Below are positions 9,314 to 17,650 of a DNA stretch of 64,000 nt, piece by piece. The stretch covers positions 2,095-66,094 of the forward strand of contig VXOH01000159.1 of NCBI GenBank assembly GCA_009840135.1, read 5' to 3'. This stretch comes from Chloroflexota bacterium. GTDB lineage: Bacteria > Chloroflexota > Dehalococcoidia > Lucifugimonadales > UBA3495. The notes beneath the pieces were generated by a model. The model saw nothing but the letters and a program-made list of their open reading frames with translations. It made no database searches and had not been told where the DNA came from. Position 1 is the first letter of the stretch. Each line of letters begins with the position of its first letter. The translations under genes and the position numbers were made by a program.

Positions 9314-9415
9314 ATCCCCTCTCCACTGGCGGGAGAGGGTTAAGGTGAGGGGGACTGGTCAATCTACAGCTTTCACCCCCATCCTATCCTTCCCCCATCA
9401 AGGGGGAAGGGACTT
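9314..9415 (+). repeat. composite double-hairpin interspersed repeat (copy A)
   Basis: CCCCTCTCC..GGGAGAGGGTTAAGGTGAGGGGG ... CCCCCATCCTATCCTTCCCCCATCAAGGGGGAAGG. Same architecture at 37864, 55467(-) and 57367. Confidence 0.8.
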
Positions 9416-9428
9416 ATGCAGAGATTCC

Positions 9429-10571
9429 CTAAAGGTTGTAATGGACCCGCGCCGCCGCCTGTTTCGGGTTGTCCTGCTGGAACAAGTCGGGATGCTTCCC
9501 CCGCTGCAGGGCCAGGTGGTAGGTGAATAGCTGCAGGGGCGCCACGCAGGCCAGGGGACTCCATATTTCCGGTACGGGCTTCATGGGAAAGCTGGCCGAT
9601 GCCAGGGAAGACAGGTCCTCGTCTCCGGCCTGGACCAGGGCCCACACCGGCGCTCCCGCTGCCGCTGAGGCCCGGGCTATGTCCAGCGACCGCTCATATC
9701 CCGGTCCTGGCGGGGCAATCAGCGTTACCAGGCAACTGTCGTCCAGGGAGCAGAAGGGACCGTGGAGCAGTTGCTCCACCTGCAAGCCCTCGCAGTCCGA
9801 GGCGCTGGTCTCCTTGATTTTCAACGCCACCTCGTAGGCGTTGCCGGTGTTGGGGCCCCAGCCCACGGAAATGAAACGCTGCCGGTTGGCAAACCGCTCC
9901 GCCACCGCCGCTATATCGGCCTCCCGGTCAGTAATGTCCGCAACAGCGGCGGGGACATCCAGCAGGCTGTCCTTCAATCTTGCCGCATCACCTGCTCCGC
10001 CGCCGCCACCAGCGGTAATACTGCCCGGAGCCTCGCCCGTAATTTCCCCCAGGTCCGAGGCCAGCAGGGCCAGCACCGTCAGCGCCGTAGTGTAGCTGAT
10101 GGTAAAGGCGGAGGACCGTTCGGGGGAGACGGTATGGAAGGATACATCGGCCACCTGCAGTCGGGGTCCGGGGTCGGTGGAGGTTACGGCCACGGTGTAG
10201 GCGCCCCGCTCCCTGGCCAGTTCCAGGGCCAGGAATGAGTAGGTCTTGGTGCCGCGGTGGCTGATGATGACAACCGCATCCTCCGGCCCCAGCGCCGGGG
10301 GGTAGCTGCAAAATTCGAAGGAGTGCCAGCCCTGGACCTGGATCCTCTGGCCGGCAAAGCGGCGGAACCAGTGTTCGGCTACCAGGACGGCGTGCCAGGA
10401 CGTTCCGATGCCGACGATGTAGATGTTCCGCCTGGATGCCAGGGACTCGGCAACTTCGCGGGCACCGACGGCGTGCCGTTCCAGCATCAGGGCCATGGCC
10501 TCGGGCTGGCCGGTTATGGCGTCGTACATGAAATAGGGGTGTTCCTGGCGGGTTTCCGGTGCAAGGGTCAT
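9429..10571 (-). CDS. SIS-domain sugar-phosphate isomerase/aminotransferase-like protein (GlmS isomerase-domain/AgaS/FrlB type)
   Basis: Two SIS-like halves. IYIVGIGTSWHA and VVIISHRGTK blocks. Confidence 0.65.
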   Translation of the reverse strand: MTLAPETRQEHPYFMYDAITGQPEAMALMLERHAVGAREVAESLASRRNIYIVGIGTSWHAVLVAEHWFRRFAGQRIQVQGWHSFEFCSYPPALGPEDAVVIISHRGTKTYSFLALELARERGAYTVAVTSTDPGPRLQVADVSFHTVSPERSSAFTISYTTALTVLALLASDLGEITGEAPGSITAGGGGGAGDAARLKDSLLDVPAAVADITDREADIAAVAERFANRQRFISVGWGPNTGNAYEVALKIKETSASDCEGLQVEQLLHGPFCSLDDSCLVTLIAPPGPGYERSLDIARASAAAGAPVWALVQAGDEDLSSLASASFPMKPVPEIWSPLACVAPLQLFTYHLALQRGKHPDLFQQDNPKQAAARVHYNL

Positions 10572-10698
10572 TGTCTTTCCTTTCTCGGCCTGGTCTTGAT
10601 GGCCGCTTTAGCTACCCACGAATATACACGAACCGGGATAGCTGCGAAATGGAGGCTGGCTGAAATGTTAAGGGGGAATGTAGGAGTCTTCATAACAA

Positions 10699-10765
10699 CG
10701 TCGTTCCGGACTTGATCCGGAATCCGGGGGCCGGCCCATAGATTCCGGCTTGCGCCGTAACGACG
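10699..10765. repeat. palindromic MITE-like repeat (TTCCGGA..TCCGGAA type)
   Basis: CGTCGTT ... AACGACG termini enclose TTCCGGACTTGATCCGGAATCC. Related short hairpins at 28877-28894 and 49690-49709. Confidence 0.55.
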
Positions 10766-10839
10766 GTGTGGTGGGGCCGATGGTGACATAATCAACGGTA
10801 CCCAACTGTCCTCATGCCCCAATTGGCGACGCATTCCGG

Positions 10840-12105
10840 TCACCCCAGGGCGCCCTGGTCCCGCCATTCCTGAATTTCCCCCTCGCCGAAGCCAAGCTCC
10901 TCCAATACTTCCCCGGTGTGTTGCCCCAGGGCCGGGGGATGCGTTGCTTCCAGAGGGGTTTCGCTGAACTTGGCCAGGGGGCCCACCATGCGCAGCGGGC
11001 CCACTTCCAAGTGCTCCAGCTCCGAAACCAGGTCGTTGGCCTGCACCTGCGGGTCGTCGAAGACCTCCTCAATGAAACGCACCGGCCCAGCGGGAATGCC
11101 CCGTTCGTCCAGCAGGGCCAGCCAGTCGGCGGCGGTGCGCTGCAGGAACGTTTCCTCCGCCTGCCGGACCAGCTCCGCACCAAAGGCCACCGATTCTTCG
11201 CTGCGCGGGTCGTAGCCGGGGTCAAAGCGAATGTCGGTCAGATTCAGCGTATCCAGCAGTCGCTGGCGCAGCGGGTCACTGAGGCAACCAACGGAAATCG
11301 CCCCGTCGGCGGTCTGGTAGCTGCGGTAGTAGATATTGCCCGGCGTAACGGGATGGTCCGATTCGTAAATCTTCAGGAGTTCGTCGTAAGGTATGCCCGC
11401 CCCGCGCATGGCGGCCAGAGATTCCAGGGTAGCCTGAAAATTTTCGCGGTCCAGCGACTCCACCTCGACAAAGCGCATACCCAGCAGGGCTATGGCCATC
11501 CCCAGCAGGGTGGTCTCCACCTTCTGGCCTTTTCCCGTCCGCTCCCGGTGGAACAGGGCGGCGCAGACGCACCAGGCCAGGCAGATGCCGGCGGAGGTGT
11601 CCACCATGGGTGAAGAGACGACGTGGACCGGAACGCCGTTGCTGGTCTTGCTCTCGGAGGTCATTATGCCGGACATCGCCTGCAGGATCAGGTCATAGCC
11701 CGGGCGGTAGGAGTCGGGGCCTTGCCGTCCGAAGGCGGTGTTTTCGCAGTAAATCAGCCGGGGGTTCAGCGCTGCCAGTGATTCATAGTCCACCCCCAGC
11801 TTGGCTGCCACGTCGGGGCGGTAGTTGACGATAGCCACGTCCATCTGCGGAATAAGGCGGCCCAGGATATCCCGTGCGGCTTCGGTAGTGAGGTCCAGGG
11901 TGATGCTGCGCTTGCCCCGGTTGTAGGCGATAAAGACGCGGCTCTCGGTGGGAGATATGGGCTGGGTGCCCCGCCAGGGATCGCCCCACGGTGGCTCCAC
12001 CTTGATAACATCGGCGCCCATATCGGAAAGGAGCATGCCGGCGAAGGGCCCGGCAATAATCTCGGTGAACTCGACAACCTTGACGCCGTCCAGCGGCCCG
12101 GGCAT
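10840..12105 (-). CDS. family III CoA-transferase (CaiB/BaiF)
   Basis: VKVVEFTEIIAGPFAGMLLSDMGADVIKVEPP N-terminal signature. Start ATG 12105 behind GGAGG. The ORF stays open to 12213. Confidence 0.85.
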   Translation of the reverse strand: MPGPLDGVKVVEFTEIIAGPFAGMLLSDMGADVIKVEPPWGDPWRGTQPISPTESRVFIAYNRGKRSITLDLTTEAARDILGRLIPQMDVAIVNYRPDVAAKLGVDYESLAALNPRLIYCENTAFGRQGPDSYRPGYDLILQAMSGIMTSESKTSNGVPVHVVSSPMVDTSAGICLAWCVCAALFHRERTGKGQKVETTLLGMAIALLGMRFVEVESLDRENFQATLESLAAMRGAGIPYDELLKIYESDHPVTPGNIYYRSYQTADGAISVGCLSDPLRQRLLDTLNLTDIRFDPGYDPRSEESVAFGAELVRQAEETFLQRTAADWLALLDERGIPAGPVRFIEEVFDDPQVQANDLVSELEHLEVGPLRMVGPLAKFSETPLEATHPPALGQHTGEVLEELGFGEGEIQEWRDQGALG

Positions 12106-12280
12106 GGCGAACCTCCGGGAAAATCTTGTCCCAGCATTGTACCCCCTGGGCGGTATGATGTCTTTGGCCGTGGGATTCCCCCAACTGAAAATCGGGGCTG
12201 GCAGGACTCCCATGCAGGTATCCCGACTGATATAATCATGCCTCGTGCTTTTTAGCTAATTAGTATCAGGAGAGAATCGA

Positions 12281-12622
12281 ATGAACAAGTACGTAGTCCT
12301 TTACTATGCGCCCATATCGGCCCTGGAAATGGTGCAAAATGCCACGCCTGAGGAAGTGAAAGCGGGCATGGAACCGTGGATAGCGTGGATGGCTCGCTGC
12401 GGGGATGCCCTGGTTGATCCGGGCGCGCCCCTGGGCGGAGGCTTGAATGTGTCTGCATCCGGGAGTTCGCCCAGCGACAAGAAAGTCACCGGGTACTCGA
12501 TACTCCAGGCGGACAATATGGAGGCAGCCCAAGCTCTGCTGGAGGGACACCCTCACCTGGGCTGGATGGATGGTTGCGAGGTCGAAGTACACGAGGCCAT
12601 ACAAATGCCCGGCCAGGAGTGA
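12281..12622 (+). CDS. YciI-like (dimeric alpha/beta-barrel) small protein, paralog 1
   Basis: MNKYVVLYY... and GYSILQADNMEAAQALLEGHPHL...CEVEVHE match the YciI-type N and C ends. AGGAGA RBS. Confidence 0.5.
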   Translation: MNKYVVLYYAPISALEMVQNATPEEVKAGMEPWIAWMARCGDALVDPGAPLGGGLNVSASGSSPSDKKVTGYSILQADNMEAAQALLEGHPHLGWMDGCEVEVHEAIQMPGQE

Positions 12623-12811
12623 GAAGTGTCGTGCTTTCTACGCAGGGTTTCGGGCCGGAAATCGTTTCAGGCTGCAATTTACCCGGTTGAGGTTGCACTG
12701 AAATTGCAGGGCCGGCCCTTGCGGCTGCCCTGGCTGATTCCGGCCTTACTTCCCGAAATGGAGCAACGCCGCGAATTGGTTGGCCTTTCTTTTCGGCGAT
12801 AGCGTTACACG

Positions 12812-12837
12812 CAGGGGCGGTTCGCGAACCGCCCCTG
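12812..12837. repeat. REP palindrome (variant core)
   Basis: CAGGGGCGGTTCGCGAACCGCCCCTG, a perfect hairpin. Confidence 0.8.
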
Positions 12838-12943
12838 ACCGTTGCGTTGTCCCTTTGTTCTCCTACTCTTTAACTTCAAAAGCCTGAACTGTAATATATG
12901 CAGGCCGGCTGCCAACCCCCTGATTTGCCGGCCGGGAGAAATT

Positions 12944-13291
12944 ATGAGCAAGTTCATAGTCATGTATCATGCGCGGGCCCCCTATATGCAGATGATGCAG
13001 GAAATGGGCGCTACCCAGGAGGATATGCAGGCCCAGATGCAAGCCTGGATGGAATGGGCGGGCCGCTGCGGCGACGTTTTGCCGGAAATGGGTGGCCCCA
13101 TGGTTGGAAATCTCAAGCTGACCAATGCAGGCAGTTCCGCCAGCGACAGGAATGTGGTCGGGTACTCGATACTGGAAGCCGAAAACATGGCAGGAGCCCA
13201 GGCTATTCTGGAAGACCATCCTCATTTCAAGCTGGACCCTTCCTGTGAGATAGAGGTCCACGAGGTAATGAATATGCCGGGCCAGGGCTGA
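12944..13291 (+). CDS. YciI-like small protein, paralog 2
   Basis: MSKFIVMYH...GYSILEAENMAGAQAILEDHPHF...CEIEVHE is colinear with the 12281 ORF. ATG 12944 behind GGGAGA. Confidence 0.5.
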   Translation: MSKFIVMYHARAPYMQMMQEMGATQEDMQAQMQAWMEWAGRCGDVLPEMGGPMVGNLKLTNAGSSASDRNVVGYSILEAENMAGAQAILEDHPHFKLDPSCEIEVHEVMNMPGQG

Positions 13292-13386
13292 TCGACCCGA
13301 CCTGATTTCCACCTGGGGCTGGCCACCCGGAAGTTCACGTGGCCTTGTAGCGGAATACCCTGTATGTTATCCTGATTACCTGTTGT

Positions 13387-13463
13387 CGGGGCGTGGCGCA
13401 GCCCGGAAGCGCACCTGCATGGGGTGCAGGGGGTCGCCGGTTCAAATCCGGCCGCCCCGACCA
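13387..13463 (+). tRNA. tRNA-Pro (anticodon GGG), CCA encoded
   Basis: Hand-folded cloverleaf: acceptor CGGGGCG/CGCCCCG, D-arm GCGC-AGCCCGGAA-GCGC, anticodon arm CCTGC-ATGGGGT-GCAGG, T-arm GCCGG-TTCAAAT-CCGGC, discriminator A, CCA. Confidence 0.9.
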
Positions 13464-13479
13464 TCTACAGTTACTACTT

Positions 13480-13671
13480 ATGCCCTCCATCAAAGTCCGT
13501 GAAGCCATTCGAATCGTTGAGCAAGATGGGTGGTTTCAAGTACGTATTAGCGGAGACCACCGCATCTTCCACCATCCTGTTAAACGAGGAAGTGTAACTA
13601 TCCCCGGAAGGCTGGGAGGTGATCTGGATGCATGGCTGTGGTCCAGTATTCGCCGTCAAGCCCAGATGTAG
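13480..13671 (+). CDS. hicA: HicA-family mRNA interferase toxin
   Basis: 63 aa. EQDGWFQVRISGDHRIFHHPVKRGSVTIPGRLGGDL is the HicA (YcfA) signature, including the catalytic His. Confidence 0.8.
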   Translation: MPSIKVREAIRIVEQDGWFQVRISGDHRIFHHPVKRGSVTIPGRLGGDLDAWLWSSIRRQAQM

Positions 13672-13681
13672 GATCAATGAG

Positions 13682-13936
13682 ATGAAGTACGCCATAGTCT
13701 TGGTTCCGGGACCTGAGAACTGGGGAGCTTTTTCTCCAAATGTGCCAGGGTGTGTGGCGATTGGCGATACGCCGGAAATGGCCTTGGGGAGTTTTAGGGA
13801 AGCCTTGGAATTTCACTTGGAAGACCTCAAGGAGCAGGGCCTTCCAGTTCCTGAAGAGTACACCAGTCCCGAAGAAGAGCATCCTGACGGGGTATACCTG
13901 CCGTGGGCCAGGGTGGATACCGCGGTAAAAGTGTAA
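13682..13936 (+). CDS. hicB: HicB-family antitoxin (short form, no obvious DNA-binding domain)
   Basis: MKYAIVLVPGPENWGAFSPNVPGCVAIGDTPEMALGSFREALEFHLE is the HicB N-terminal fold pattern. Confidence 0.75.
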   Translation: MKYAIVLVPGPENWGAFSPNVPGCVAIGDTPEMALGSFREALEFHLEDLKEQGLPVPEEYTSPEEEHPDGVYLPWARVDTAVKV

Positions 13937-13959
13937 GATACAGACCCAGGTGATGGACA

Positions 13960-13992
13960 GTGAAAGGCCGGTCGACTTGACCGGCCTTTCAC
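13960..13992. terminator. bidirectional terminator hairpin between convergent hicB and ADH genes
   Basis: GTGAAAGGCCGGTC-GACTT-GACCGGCCTTTCAC, a 14-bp perfect stem. Confidence 0.6.
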
Positions 13993-14044
13993 TCCGTGCG
14001 GGCTCTTGGTGACGGCTACGAGCTAACTATAGTTTTTGCGAGGT

Positions 14045-15079
14045 TCATGCTCCCGACTGCAGCACAATTCTCCCCAGCGGCGGGCTTTCCCTCAGTTTAG
14101 CCAGGGCCTGTTCCACTTCCTGCAGCGGGTAGGTTTCCGACACCACCGGCTTAATTTTCCCCTGTTCCACCAGCTTGACCACCTCCACCACGTCCTGCAG
14201 GTTGGAGGCCCGGGTGCCCAGGATGCTCCACTGGCCGTAGATCAGGTCCGCTGTGTCCACCGCCAGGGGGATGCCGTAGTTGTAGCCCAGGATCACCAGC
14301 CTGCCGCCCAGCTTCAGGCAGGCCAGGCTGTCGGGCAGGACGGCGGCCACCGCCTCGCCGCCTACTCCTTCAACCACCACGTCGGCCCCAAGGCCATTGG
14401 TCAATTCCCTCACCCGCTCGGGCAGGCTTTCCGTCCGGCTGTTGACGATAACGTCGGGGTTGAACTGCTCGGCGCCGAGCAGCTTGTCAGGCACTACATC
14501 GGCGGCGATGACCCGGGCGCCCATGAGGCTGGCCATCTGCATGGCGTGGATGCCCAGGCCGCCAATGCCGATGATGACCACCGTTTCCCCGGGCTGGACC
14601 CTGGCCCGGTGGGTCAGGGCATGGTACACGCTGGCCATGGCGTCGGGGATGATGGCCGCTTCTCCCCAGGGGACTTCGGGGGAAATCTTGACGGCGTTGC
14701 GGCCCGACACCCGCATGAACTCGCTGAAGCCCCCGTTAATCTCAAAGCCGGTGCGGGGCGCGGTGACGCAGTAGTTCTCCATGCCCTTGCGGCAGTAATC
14801 GCAGAAACCGCAGCCCTCGGTGGGGTAGCAGGTTACGTGGTCACCCTGCTGCAGGCCCGGAACCTCGGCCCCGACCTCTACCACCTCTCCGGCTGCCTCG
14901 TGGCCGGGTATATGTGGGAGGGGCACCGTGGGAACCAGGCCGCCGGTAATCTTCAAATCGGTGGCGCACAGCCCGTTGGCCACCACCCGGATCAGCACGT
15001 CCGAGGGCCCGATTTCCGGTTCCCGCACGTCTTGCCAGTTCAGGGGAGCGTTGTGTTGCTCCAGTACCATTGCTTTCAT
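14045..15079 (-). CDS. zinc-dependent alcohol dehydrogenase (MDR family)
   Basis: GLCATDLK, GHEAAGEVVEVG, CDYC structural-Zn region, GIGGLG NAD fold. Confidence 0.85.
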   Translation of the reverse strand: MKAMVLEQHNAPLNWQDVREPEIGPSDVLIRVVANGLCATDLKITGGLVPTVPLPHIPGHEAAGEVVEVGAEVPGLQQGDHVTCYPTEGCGFCDYCRKGMENYCVTAPRTGFEINGGFSEFMRVSGRNAVKISPEVPWGEAAIIPDAMASVYHALTHRARVQPGETVVIIGIGGLGIHAMQMASLMGARVIAADVVPDKLLGAEQFNPDVIVNSRTESLPERVRELTNGLGADVVVEGVGGEAVAAVLPDSLACLKLGGRLVILGYNYGIPLAVDTADLIYGQWSILGTRASNLQDVVEVVKLVEQGKIKPVVSETYPLQEVEQALAKLRESPPLGRIVLQSGA

Positions 15080-15155
15080 CTGGGTGGTTTCCTTTGGTAG
15101 TGGTTAATGGTTTCCAGCCTTCTTGACGGCAAATGCTATTTCAATCTGCTTGCCA

Positions 15156-15665
15156 CCGCTCATCCTGAGCTTGTCGAAGGATTACATTGCAGGGAAGGTG
15201 TAGACGAAAGAGACTCCTGTCCCGCTCATCCTGAGCTTGTCGAAGGATGCCCTCCATACTACGTTCTGTCTTTCCTGCCTCGTGACAGCTGAACCAGAGT
15301 TTTCCAACTTCCTTCGATCAATGCTTCTTTCTTGGCCCTTGACCAGCCCTTGATTTGCCGCTCTCGTTGGAAGGCTTCCTCCCGGGTGAAAAACTGGTCC
15401 GAAAACACCAAGGATACCGGGCGCCGGGAAAAGGTATGGCCGCTCACTTCACCACGGTTGTGGCCTTCAAGACGGGCTTCTAGGTTGTCCGTATGCCCGG
15501 TGTAGTATGAACCATCTGAGCATTTCAGGATGTATACGTAGAAGGCCAATGTCCTGACTCCATTTCACATCCTTCGACAAGCTCAGGATGAGCGGGTATG
15601 TGGTGGGGACTGTCTCTTGTTTGTCTGAGTTTCCTGCCATCCTTCGACAAGCTCAGGATGAGCGG
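15156..15665. mobile_element. GIY-YIG gene cassette bounded by nested perfect 27-bp inverted repeats
   Basis: CCGCTCATCCTGAGCTTGTCGAAGGAT at 15156-15182 and 15222-15248. Its exact reverse complement lies at 15569-15595 and 15639-15665. Confidence 0.7.
15259..15549 (-). CDS. GIY-YIG nuclease family protein (UPF0213/YhbQ-like)
   Basis: FYVYILKCSDGSYYTGHTDNLEARLEGHN...RERQIKGWSRAKK. TTG start with GGAG 7 nt upstream. Confidence 0.8.
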   Translation of the reverse strand: MAFYVYILKCSDGSYYTGHTDNLEARLEGHNRGEVSGHTFSRRPVSLVFSDQFFTREEAFQRERQIKGWSRAKKEALIEGSWKTLVQLSRGRKDRT

Positions 15666-15707
15666 TGAACGTTTTTTCCACACATGGCGAGAATGCCAGA
15701 GCTCCCC

Positions 15708-17612
15708 CTAATCCTCCAGCGTCGTAATATCTCCCGGGTCCAGGCCCAGTTCGTTGGCTTTCAGCAGGCGGCGCATGATTTTGCCCGAGCGCGTCTTGGG
15801 CAGGGCTGGAGTGAACTCGATCTCGGCAGGGACGGCGATGGGGCCCAGGACGCCGCGGACGTGGTTGCGCAGGGTGTCAATCATCAGGTCCGACGGGTCA
15901 TTGCCTACTCGCAGGGTTACGAAGGCTTTTATCACCTCGCCCCTCAGTTCGTCGGGCTTGCCGATTACCGCCGCCTCGGCTACCGAAGGGTTGGACACCA
16001 GGGCGCTTTCCACTTCCGCTGAACCGATGCGGTGGCCGGCCACGTTGAGCACGTCGTCGGCGCGGCCCACCACCATGTAGTAGCCGTCGGCGTCACGGAG
16101 GGCCACGTCGCCGGAGGAGTACACGCCCGGAATCTGGTTCCAGGTGTCGTTGTAGCGGTCGGGATCGCCCCATACGGTGCGGGAGAAGTGGGGGAAGGGA
16201 CGCCGGATGACCAGGAAACCGCCCTTGTCCGGTTCTTCAATGGGCTGGCCCTCCCGGTCCACTATGTCCATCAGCGCGCCAGGCAGGGGTTTTCCCACGC
16301 GCCCGGGGCGGGTTTCCATGGTGGCCATGGTGCCCAGGCAGGGGCCGCCGGTCTCGGTCTGCCACCAATTGTCCACGATGTGCGCCCACTCGCCGCTGCC
16401 GCAGATGTGCTCGTTGGCCCAGCGCAAAGCCTCGGGATTGAGCGGTTCTCCCGCGCAGGTAAGGAAGCGCAGGGAGCGCAGGTTGTACTGTTTGGCCGGT
16501 TCCTCGCCGTAGCGCATGAGCATCCGCACGGCGGTGGGGGCAGTAAATATGACGTTGACTCCGTACTTCTCGATGATTTCGTAGAAGACGGCGTTGTGGG
16601 GGTAGTCTGGGGCGCCCTCGCGGAAGACGGTGGTGGCCCCGGCCACCAGGGGCGCGTAAACGATGTAGCTGTGGCCCACCACCCAGCCGATGTCGGACAT
16701 GCACCAGAAGACGTCGTTGTCCTTGACGTCCCAGAAGTTCTTGAAGTGGTAGTGGGTGCCCACCATGTAACCGCCGTGGACGTGGACCACACCCTTGGGC
16801 TTGCCGGTGGTGCCGCTGGTGTACAGGATGTAGAGGGGGTCTTCGGCGTCCATAACCTCGGCTTCGCAATTGATGGACTGGCCGGCCAGCAGTTCCTCGA
16901 AGTCCACCTGCCCGTCCTTCAGGTCCTCGCGAGCCATTTCCCTTCGCCAGACCAGTACGGAAGTCAGGGAGTCGCAGCCCTCCACCGCCTCGTTGGCGAT
17001 GCCGATGAGGTCAACCTTGTTGCCGCGACGATAGCCCACGTCGCCGGTAATCAACAGCTTGGCCGCCGCGTCCTGGATGCGGTCCCGCAGGGAGCCGACG
17101 CTGAAACCGGCATATACCACGCTGTGGATGGCGCCGATGCGGGCGCAGGCCAGCATGGTAATGGCCCCCTCGGGGGTCAGGGGCATGTAAATGACGACGC
17201 GGTCGCCCTTGCCAATGCCCAGGGACTTGAGCCCGTTGGCGCAGCGGTTCACCTGCTGGGCCAGGCGGGCGTAGGTATAGACCTGCTCCGTGCCGTCCTC
17301 GCCCAACCAGATGAGGGCCGCCTTGTTGCGACGCTCGGTGGCCAGATGGCGGTCCAGGGCGTTATAGCAGATGTTGGTCTGCCCGCCGACGAACCACCGG
17401 AAGTTGGGGTATTCCCACTGGAACACCTGGTCCCAGCGACGGAACCAGTGGAGCCCCTCGGCGGCCTCGGCCCAGAAGCCCTCGGGGTCCTCGATGGAAC
17501 GGGCGTAAGTAGCGTCGTAGTCCTGCAGCGCCGCCTGCGCCGAAACATGGGGCGGCGCGGGTATTTCGCCGGATTCGCGAAGAAGGTTGTCAATCTGGCC
17601 TTGCTGAACCAT
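15708..17612 (-). CDS. acs: acetyl-CoA synthetase
   Basis: YTSGTTGKPKG AMP-binding motif and full-length Acs-like colinearity (WWQTETG, SGHRIG-type block, PKTRSGKIMRR). Start ATG 17612 behind AAGGAG. Confidence 0.9.
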   Translation of the reverse strand: MVQQGQIDNLLRESGEIPAPPHVSAQAALQDYDATYARSIEDPEGFWAEAAEGLHWFRRWDQVFQWEYPNFRWFVGGQTNICYNALDRHLATERRNKAALIWLGEDGTEQVYTYARLAQQVNRCANGLKSLGIGKGDRVVIYMPLTPEGAITMLACARIGAIHSVVYAGFSVGSLRDRIQDAAAKLLITGDVGYRRGNKVDLIGIANEAVEGCDSLTSVLVWRREMAREDLKDGQVDFEELLAGQSINCEAEVMDAEDPLYILYTSGTTGKPKGVVHVHGGYMVGTHYHFKNFWDVKDNDVFWCMSDIGWVVGHSYIVYAPLVAGATTVFREGAPDYPHNAVFYEIIEKYGVNVIFTAPTAVRMLMRYGEEPAKQYNLRSLRFLTCAGEPLNPEALRWANEHICGSGEWAHIVDNWWQTETGGPCLGTMATMETRPGRVGKPLPGALMDIVDREGQPIEEPDKGGFLVIRRPFPHFSRTVWGDPDRYNDTWNQIPGVYSSGDVALRDADGYYMVVGRADDVLNVAGHRIGSAEVESALVSNPSVAEAAVIGKPDELRGEVIKAFVTLRVGNDPSDLMIDTLRNHVRGVLGPIAVPAEIEFTPALPKTRSGKIMRRLLKANELGLDPGDITTLED

Positions 17613-17650
17613 GGTGTTGCTCCTTTGGGGGATTCTTTGGTTACTTGCGA

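Noticed and set aside
14036-15100. 354-aa + strand ORF
   Set aside because: Antisense to the Zn-alcohol dehydrogenase gene.
13387-15100. Integrated island or prophage at tRNA-Pro
   Set aside because: Only hicAB lies next to the tRNA. No integrase, no repeat of the tRNA 3' end and no phage genes were seen.
15156-15665. Possible mini-CRISPR (identical 27-bp repeats separated by spacers of 39 and 43 bp)
   Set aside because: There are only two repeats per side, the two sides are in inverted orientation around a gene, and there are no cas genes. It is better explained as nested terminal inverted repeats.
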